A program made the position numbers and the translations under genes. DNA of 64,000 nucleotides from an uncultured delta proteobacterium. Its GTDB lineage: Bacteria > Myxococcota_A > Polyangia > Polyangiales > JAFGIB01. The stretch's first letter is position 1. The number at the start of each line of letters is the position of its first letter. Shown here in pieces: positions 48,644 to 55,203 of the stretch. The notes beneath the pieces were generated by a model. That model had not been told where the DNA came from and did not search any database. It was given only the letters and a program-made list of their open reading frames with translations. The DNA is taken from assembly GCA_963778655.1 (NCBI GenBank), contig CAVZVA010000009.1, forward strand, positions 960,001-1,024,000, in the 5' to 3' direction.

Positions 48644-49706
48644 GGTCGTTTCTGAATACGTGGCCGAAACCTTCTTGGACGGCGACTCCGTTGATCTGGA
48701 CGCCGCGTCCCCGTTGCTCGAATGGGGAATCCTGGACTCGATGGCAATGGTGAGCCTGGTCTCCTTCCTGGAAGACAGGTTTGCCATCCGTATCGGCGAG
48801 GACGCGATCACGCCGCAGAACTTTCGCAACCTCAGCGCCATTTCGGCGCTGGTCGAGGCCCATACCTCCAGACCGCCCGCGGTCGATCTCGGGGGCGAGG
48901 CGCCGGAGCAGGACGAGGAGCTGAGCGCATTGCTCGAGTACGGCGCCACCCGCGAGCGAGTGGCGCTCGACTCCGGCGCACAGGTGCACGCGGTCCGCAT
49001 GCCGGGCGAGGGTCCGACCTGGGTGTTGTTGCCGGAGCTCGGACAGTCGAGCAGCCACTTCGCGCCCTTGCAGCGGACGCTGGAGAGCTTCCACGAGTCG
49101 CTGGCTGTCGACCTCGCCGGTTTCGGCCTGTCGCGCTGCCCCAACCCGGCGCCCAGCGTCTGGGACCACGTCGCGCTCATCTCCGAGGTGATCTCGAAGC
49201 AAGAGAAGGCACCTGTGGTGCTCGTGGCTCACGGGCCGACCGCGTTGGCGGCCAGCGAGCTGGCTCGCCGTCATCCGGAGCGCGTGCGAGCGCTGGTGGT
49301 GGTCGCCTTCGGGGAGGGGCAGGACATCTCCGGGTTCATCGACAGCCTGGTCGCGCTGGCCGACCGTGCGGAGGAGCTGCTTTCAGCCACCTACTACACG
49401 CAGCCACGGTTGAGCGCGCGGCAAAAGGAGGCTTGGCTCGCGCGTCTGCGCGCTCCAGCGATGCGGGCGTTCGTCGACCAGGACGCCGAGGAACTCGCGC
49501 CACGTATGTACCGAGAGCTCACCGTGCCGGTGCTGTTCGTGTGCGGCCAGGACGATCGCCTGGTTCCGCGCGAGAGCGTGGAGCGGGCGGCCGAGTTGCT
49601 GCGCGGCGCCGAGCTCAAGTGGCTGGCGCGAGCTGGGCACGCGGTGGCGCGCGAGCGCCCGGACGAGATCGTGTCGCTGATCGAGACTTTTCTCAGCGGG
49701 CTCTGA
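48621..49706 (+). CDS. Carrier protein (PCP) fused to alpha/beta-hydrolase-fold domain (Bmp1-like architecture; nucleophile missing)
   Basis: LLEWGILDSMAMVSL phosphopantetheine motif; DLAGFGLS, AHGPT in place of GxSxG, GQDDRLVP, AGH..ERP. Confidence 0.85.
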   Translation: MEQTAILEVVSEYVAETFLDGDSVDLDAASPLLEWGILDSMAMVSLVSFLEDRFAIRIGEDAITPQNFRNLSAISALVEAHTSRPPAVDLGGEAPEQDEELSALLEYGATRERVALDSGAQVHAVRMPGEGPTWVLLPELGQSSSHFAPLQRTLESFHESLAVDLAGFGLSRCPNPAPSVWDHVALISEVISKQEKAPVVLVAHGPTALAASELARRHPERVRALVVVAFGEGQDISGFIDSLVALADRAEELLSATYYTQPRLSARQKEAWLARLRAPAMRAFVDQDAEELAPRMYRELTVPVLFVCGQDDRLVPRESVERAAELLRGAELKWLARAGHAVARERPDEIVSLIETFLSGL

Positions 49707-49731
49707 CGAGCTCTTTGCCAGGAGGATGCCG

Positions 49732-50967
49732 ATGGCCAGCGCGGACGCAACCACGTCGTATGACATTGGAATCGTCGGAGGGGGGCCGGGTGGCGCGGCC
49801 GCGGCGATCTTTGCCGCTGAGCGCGGGCTATCGGCGGTGCTGATCGAGAAGGACCGTTTCCCCCGCTATCACATCGGCGAATCGCTCACGGGCACCGCAG
49901 GCGAGCTGTTGCGCTCGCTCGGCCTCAAAGAAGTGATGGCCGAGCGGCGATTTCCCGTCAAGTCCGGGGTCAAGGTGATGGGACGCAACGGAAACGAGTA
50001 CTTCGTGCCCGTGCTGGCTTCGACCTGGCAGGTGAAACGCGACGAGTTCGACCAGATCTTGCTGGATCGGGCGCTCCAGAGCGGTGCACGGCTCGTTCAC
50101 GGACAGGCACGGCGGGTACTGATGGAAGGCGGGACCGTGACCGGAATCACCTACGCCGATGCCGACACGCGTGCCCTGAGCGAAGTGCGTTGCCGGGCTC
50201 TCATCGACGCGAGCGGAACGGGTTGCTTTCTTTCGCACGCCGGGGTGGCGGGGACGAAGCAATTCGACGAGTTCGGCGATCAGATCGCCGTGTTCTCCCA
50301 GGTCGAGGGAGCGCTGCGCGACCCCGGTGAGATGGGCGACAACACCTTCATCTTCTATTCCAAGCGGCACCACTGGGCGTGGTTCATCCCGCTGTCGCCT
50401 GAGGTGGTGAGCATCGGCGTCGTGGTACCGAGGGACGTGTTTGTCGAGCTCGGCAAGGATCGCGACAAAGTGTTCGCGTGGGGCATCGAGCACATCCACC
50501 CGGACCTATGCGAGCGCCTGCGCGGCAGGCCTCTGGTCGAGCCGGTGCGCGCGATCAAAGACTACTCATACCGCATCGCGCCGTTCGCCGGCCCCGGCTG
50601 GTTCTGCGTCGGCGATTCTCATCGCTTCGCAGATCCGATCTTCTCCTTCGGCGTCACGGCCAGCATGCAAGAGGCTCGGACGGCGGTCGATACCATCGCC
50701 GAGGGGCTGGCGTCGGGCGGCGCTTGGGGCCCGCTCGTGGAGCGCTACACCCGCTACAGCGACGGCGGGCAGGACGCGATCTTCGATTTCATCCGCTACT
50801 TCTGGAGCTTCCCTGGCTTCTTCGGCATTCAGATGCGAGGCAAGCTGCGCAAAGAAGTGATCCGATTGTTCGGCGGGGACCTGTTCGTTCCCAACGCGGT
50901 GGTCGATCACATCCGCGAGCTGATGGCAGGCGGGCTCGGGGAGCCCGAGCGGCTCGCCGCGGGTTGA
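49732..50967 (+). CDS. Flavin-dependent halogenase acting on carrier-bound substrate (PltA/Bmp2-like)
   Basis: GGGPGG, FPRYHIGES, FPVKSG (catalytic Lys position), WAWFIP (WxWxIP), GD...F.DPIFS.GV; GGAGG RBS. Confidence 0.82.
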   Translation: MASADATTSYDIGIVGGGPGGAAAAIFAAERGLSAVLIEKDRFPRYHIGESLTGTAGELLRSLGLKEVMAERRFPVKSGVKVMGRNGNEYFVPVLASTWQVKRDEFDQILLDRALQSGARLVHGQARRVLMEGGTVTGITYADADTRALSEVRCRALIDASGTGCFLSHAGVAGTKQFDEFGDQIAVFSQVEGALRDPGEMGDNTFIFYSKRHHWAWFIPLSPEVVSIGVVVPRDVFVELGKDRDKVFAWGIEHIHPDLCERLRGRPLVEPVRAIKDYSYRIAPFAGPGWFCVGDSHRFADPIFSFGVTASMQEARTAVDTIAEGLASGGAWGPLVERYTRYSDGGQDAIFDFIRYFWSFPGFFGIQMRGKLRKEVIRLFGGDLFVPNAVVDHIRELMAGGLGEPERLAAG

Positions 50968-50992
50968 CGCGGGCTCGGCCGCGCAGGGGCCG

Positions 50993-51604
50993 TCAGCCGC
51001 CTTCCTGGTCGCCGGGCGGACGCGTGGCGGCGTCCGCGCCGGCCAGCTCAGAGGCCATGAGCTGAACGATCCGCCGATCCACACGCAGCAGCCGCGCCGC
51101 CGCGTGGCGATTGCCGCGTGTGCGGTCGAGCGCTTCCTGGAACATCGTCAGCTTCACGACTTGCTGGGCCTCGCGCGCGCCGAACCGGCCGACCTGCGCT
51201 CTGGCTACCCGGGCCAGCGGTGTCGCGGCACGCGCCGCTTGCGTCAGGCACGCGCGCAGATCCTCGAGGTTGAACGGCTTCTCCAGGTAGCCCGAGACGC
51301 CCCAGCACATCAGGTCGAAGACCTCGGCCCGCGCCGCACGGCCGCTGATGGCGATCATCGTCGGGGGCTTGGCCAGCGTGCTGGCCGCGGCAAACACGTC
51401 GTGACCACGCCTGTCGTTGAGGCAGAGATCGCATAGGACCAAATCGACCTCATCGGTGAGCTGAGCATGGGCCTCTTCGACGCTGTGCGCGATCCGCACG
51501 CCCGTGACGTCGAGAGCCCGGAGCGCGCGCGTCAGGCTCCGGATCATGATCGGCTCGTCATCCACCACCAGCGCGACGGAAAACGTCAATGAGAAGGCGC
51601 TCAT
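50993..51604 (-). CDS. Response regulator, receiver + Fis-type HTH (RegA/ActR-like)
   Basis: LVVDDE, LCDL, ISG, KPF; ALDRTRGNRHAAARLLRVDRR. Confidence 0.85.
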   Translation of the reverse strand: MSAFSLTFSVALVVDDEPIMIRSLTRALRALDVTGVRIAHSVEEAHAQLTDEVDLVLCDLCLNDRRGHDVFAAASTLAKPPTMIAISGRAARAEVFDLMCWGVSGYLEKPFNLEDLRACLTQAARAATPLARVARAQVGRFGAREAQQVVKLTMFQEALDRTRGNRHAAARLLRVDRRIVQLMASELAGADAATRPPGDQEGG

Positions 51605-52366
51605 GGGCAGGCTCCTGGCAGTCTAGGGGTCCGCCATGGGGCGAGTGCGGGTGCGAGGGCGCACACCTCACGGTCCGGGCTCCGGCCACTGCGGAGGCGG
51701 GATTGCTCGGAGCAGAACAGCGTTGGCGATGAGGTTGGAAGCGGTGTTGCCACGTGCTTCATCCAGGGCCGGCGAAGAGACCGCGAGCGACAAGTCATTA
51801 TACGCACACTGGGCTCGCTGCGGAACCTAGAGACTGGCTGCCCGTCCGCAGCGCCAGGGATCTTGAATTTCTCCGACGGGTGAATTTCGAGCGCGCTGAG
51901 CTCAAACGCCACGGCTTGTGAAGCTCGGCCTATCCTGCTGTATCTCGAGGTCCGCCACGCAGCAAGGCCAAGATCGCTCGTGAGCCGGCCGGAGCCGGGG
52001 TCTCCATATACAGCTAGGACGGGCAGCCGACGCGAGCTGGTCAGCTCGCTCCGACCTCGGCCGCATTTCTTGGCTGGGCCGTATCAACTTCGTGGCGGTC
52101 ACGTCTCGAATGCGTATCGCATCGGCACTTGGACGCGCGGTGCGCACGGGAGGCGCACGCCGACCCATCGGCCCGCGACCCCCTGCCCCGGGAGCGCTCC
52201 ATAGCGCTCAAAAGCGCACAAGGTGCGCAACCCGGAGCAGAAAGCACCCCCGGGCGCTTCACCGCCATGATGACGGTCTAAGCTCCGCGCCGCCGCGGGT
52301 CGGTCGCTTTGCGGCGCAGCCGTGGACATGCGCGCGGCCGGTTTCCGCGGTCGGCTCCCGCTCCAC

Positions 52367-54592
52367 TCAGCTCCGTTCGGGTAGCCTCAGCGCGATTCGG
52401 CGCAACAGTCGCGTGCCGGCGGGCAGGCAGTAGGCGTCGACCGCGACGGCGATCACCGCAGCGATGCCCGGCACGATCAGCCCGGCGGCGGCTGCGGCCA
52501 CGACCAGCGCGAAGGCCGCGCCGGCGACCCCGGCCGCGCGCCAGGCGCTGTCGCGGGCCGCGCGCGCGATGAACAGGGCCGCGGCGGCGTCGCGCACATC
52601 GTCGCTGACCAGCGCCACCGCATGCTCGGTCGCGGCTCCGCCCGCGGCCGCGAGCACGATCGCGGCGTCGGCCGCGGCCAGCGCGGAGTCGTCCTCGCCC
52701 GGCCGTCCCAGGGCGACCACGGTGCCGCCGGCGTCGCGCAGGCTGCGCACCTCGTGGCCGCGCTCCTCGGGCAGCAGCTCGGCCTTGACGTGCTCGATGT
52801 CGAGCCCGGCGCCCAGCGCCTGCACCGCGCCGCGCTGATCGCCGGTCAGCAGCACCACCTCGAGCCCCAGGTCGTACATGCGCTGCACGGCCGGACGCGC
52901 GCCTACGCGCGGCTCGTAGTGCAGCGTCATCACCGCACGCACGCGCCCGTCGAGCGCGATGAAGATCGGCGTGCGCTCGCTGGCCTCGGCGCGCGCGGCC
53001 TCTGCGTCCGCCGCCGCCACGCTCACGCCTTCCTCGAGCAGCAGCCGCCGGCTGCCGATCACCAGCGGCTGGCCCTGGGGCGAGATCGCGGTCACGCCCT
53101 TGCCGGGGTGGTGCACCGGCCGCCGCACCTCGAGATCGGGCAGGCCGCGCTCGCCGGAGAAGCGCTCGAGCGCGCGCGCGATCGGGTGGTTTCCGGTCGC
53201 GCGCTCGGCCGCGGTCGCGACCGCGATCAGCGCGTCGCTGTCGACCAAGTCGAGCGCGTGCAGCTCCACCACCTCCGGGCGGCTTTCGGTCAGCACGCCG
53301 TGCGGCGACATCGCGACCACGCTGGCGCGCCCGGCCGCGTCCAGCGCGCCGGCGCTGTGGAACACGATGCCGCGCGCAGCGGCCATGGCAGCGGCGGCGC
53401 GCAGCGGCGCCTCGGCCGCGCGCCGCAGCGAGAGCAGCGGTGCGGCCAGCAGCACCGAGGCGGCAGCGGCGAGCGGCGAGGCCGGGCCGAGCAGCGCGAC
53501 CGCGAGCGCCAGCGCCAGCGTCGCCACGCCGCCCCACTGCGCGACCGCGGCCGACAGCCGCGAGAGCGGCGCTCCATCGCGCTGGTGGCGGTCGCCGAAG
53601 CGCGTGATTCGCATCAGGCTGCGGTCGTCGCCGACGCGCGAGGCCAGCACGCGCAGCCCGCCCTCGACCACGATCGCGCCCGCCAGCACGCAGTCGCCCT
53701 CGGCGCGCCGCACCGGAGCCGTCGCGCCGGGGTAGGGCAGCACGCGCGCCTCGCCCGCCCGCACTACGCCGTCGACGGCCAGCGTCTCGCCGCGCATCGC
53801 GATCACTTCCTCGCCTGTGCGGATGCTCTCCACCTCGACCAGTTGCAGCGCCATCGCCAGCGGGTCGCTGGCGCTGGCCACCGGCACGTGCACGCGCGCC
53901 GGCAGCTTGAGCACCAGGCGGTGGACGGCGGCTTCGACCGGCTCGCGCGCCTGCTGGTCGAGCCAGGCGCGAGCCACCACCGCGAGCGCCGCCAGGGCGG
54001 CCCCTTCGAGGCCGAGCCAACCCGTGCTGCCGCTGTCGAGGCCGGCGCGCGCAGAGAGGGCGGCCAGCATCGCGCCCGCGGGCCCGAGCCCGAAGCTCAG
54101 CCAGCCGCCGCGCTTGAGCACGGGCGCGGCCGTCCACAGCGCGGCGCCCGCGGCCAGGCAGCTGCACACGGCCGAGCCGGTGGCGAGCGCAGGAGAGCCG
54201 GCGAAGAAGCCGAGCACCAGCGCCGCGCTCACACCGCCCAGGCCGAGCCACAGGCCGCGGCCCGGCTGGGCGTGCAGCGGCGGAAAGGCCAGCGGGACCA
54301 CCCGCGCGCTGCCGGTCTTGGGTGTCTGATGCAGCGTCGCTGCGCGCTGCGAGACGGGCGTCGGCGCGCGACGCTGGCGCGCTCCCAGTCGAAAGTCGCG
54401 CTCGCACTCGGCGCTGCACAGGAAGCGGTAGCCGTCCTCGAACGCCAGCACGCGCGGCGCGCGCAGCGGGTCGAGCAGCGAGCCACAGCCTTCGCACGGC
54501 TCGCTCGGCGCACGCGGGCGACTCTCGGGCGGCGAGCTCAGCGGCGGAAGCTCGCGCCCGCGGCTGTCGTCGGCTGTTTCGGGGCTGGTCAC
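52367..54592 (-). CDS. P1B-type ATPase homologue with N-terminal YHS/TRASH domain; catalytic motifs degenerate
   Basis: CEGC..FLCS..C; GE..AVDG, HPIARA, LLTGD, AELLPE retained; DKTGT replaced by SPHGVLT. Confidence 0.8.
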   Translation of the reverse strand: MTSPETADDSRGRELPPLSSPPESRPRAPSEPCEGCGSLLDPLRAPRVLAFEDGYRFLCSAECERDFRLGARQRRAPTPVSQRAATLHQTPKTGSARVVPLAFPPLHAQPGRGLWLGLGGVSAALVLGFFAGSPALATGSAVCSCLAAGAALWTAAPVLKRGGWLSFGLGPAGAMLAALSARAGLDSGSTGWLGLEGAALAALAVVARAWLDQQAREPVEAAVHRLVLKLPARVHVPVASASDPLAMALQLVEVESIRTGEEVIAMRGETLAVDGVVRAGEARVLPYPGATAPVRRAEGDCVLAGAIVVEGGLRVLASRVGDDRSLMRITRFGDRHQRDGAPLSRLSAAVAQWGGVATLALALAVALLGPASPLAAAASVLLAAPLLSLRRAAEAPLRAAAAMAAARGIVFHSAGALDAAGRASVVAMSPHGVLTESRPEVVELHALDLVDSDALIAVATAAERATGNHPIARALERFSGERGLPDLEVRRPVHHPGKGVTAISPQGQPLVIGSRRLLLEEGVSVAAADAEAARAEASERTPIFIALDGRVRAVMTLHYEPRVGARPAVQRMYDLGLEVVLLTGDQRGAVQALGAGLDIEHVKAELLPEERGHEVRSLRDAGGTVVALGRPGEDDSALAAADAAIVLAAAGGAATEHAVALVSDDVRDAAAALFIARAARDSAWRAAGVAGAAFALVVAAAAAGLIVPGIAAVIAVAVDAYCLPAGTRLLRRIALRLPERS

Positions 54593-54724
54593 CGGGTTTG
54601 CACCGCACCGCCGCCCGTGGGCTCGCGATCCCGGGCACGCCGGCGCCTGTGGGCGGCCCCGGCTGCGGCCGCAGCAGTCTTCTGGATTCCGGCCGGGGGC
54701 GCAACCGCCGCCGCGGCCCGGGCG

Positions 54725-55156
54725 TCAGTGGGTGGTGAGCGTCCAGATGCGCGCGGCCCGGCCCTGCAGGTCGAAGCCTACGATCAGCACCGGCAGCTGC
54801 CTGATCTTCGGCTCGTCGGTGTGGCCGATCTCGTAGTACCAGTCGCTGTCTTCGAAGCCGTGCTCGCTACACAGCGCAACGCGGCAGGCCTGGCCGGGGC
54901 CGAGCGCGGCGCGCACCTGGTCGCGATCGAGGTTGTGCAGGGCGCCCTCGTCGACCACGTGCGCGAGCAGCCTGCTGTTGTCGTCGCGCTCGGTCAGCGT
55001 GGAGACACGGCGGTTCATCGCGTCGCGCAGCTGTTGCCGCAGCTGCGTGGCCCGCAGCTGGCTCAGCCCTGCCCCGCACCCGACGGCCGCGAGCAGCGCG
55101 CACAGAACCAGGGCGGGCGTGGCGCGGTGCCGGCGGCGCTTTCCTTTCCAAACCAT
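54725..55156 (-). CDS. Hypothetical lipoprotein
   Basis: Basic N-terminus, hydrophobic stretch, AVGC lipobox; start uncertain. Confidence 0.6.
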   Translation of the reverse strand: MVWKGKRRRHRATPALVLCALLAAVGCGAGLSQLRATQLRQQLRDAMNRRVSTLTERDDNSRLLAHVVDEGALHNLDRDQVRAALGPGQACRVALCSEHGFEDSDWYYEIGHTDEPKIRQLPVLIVGFDLQGRAARIWTLTTH

Positions 55157-55203
55157 GACGCCAAAGCATGCCATGCCGCCCCAAGCCTGGCATAGTGAGC
55201 GGC

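Noticed and set aside
49732..50967. Annotation as geranylgeranyl reductase
   Set aside because: FPRxHIGES, the catalytic-position Lys, WxWxIP and F.DP.FS.GV together favour a halogenase.
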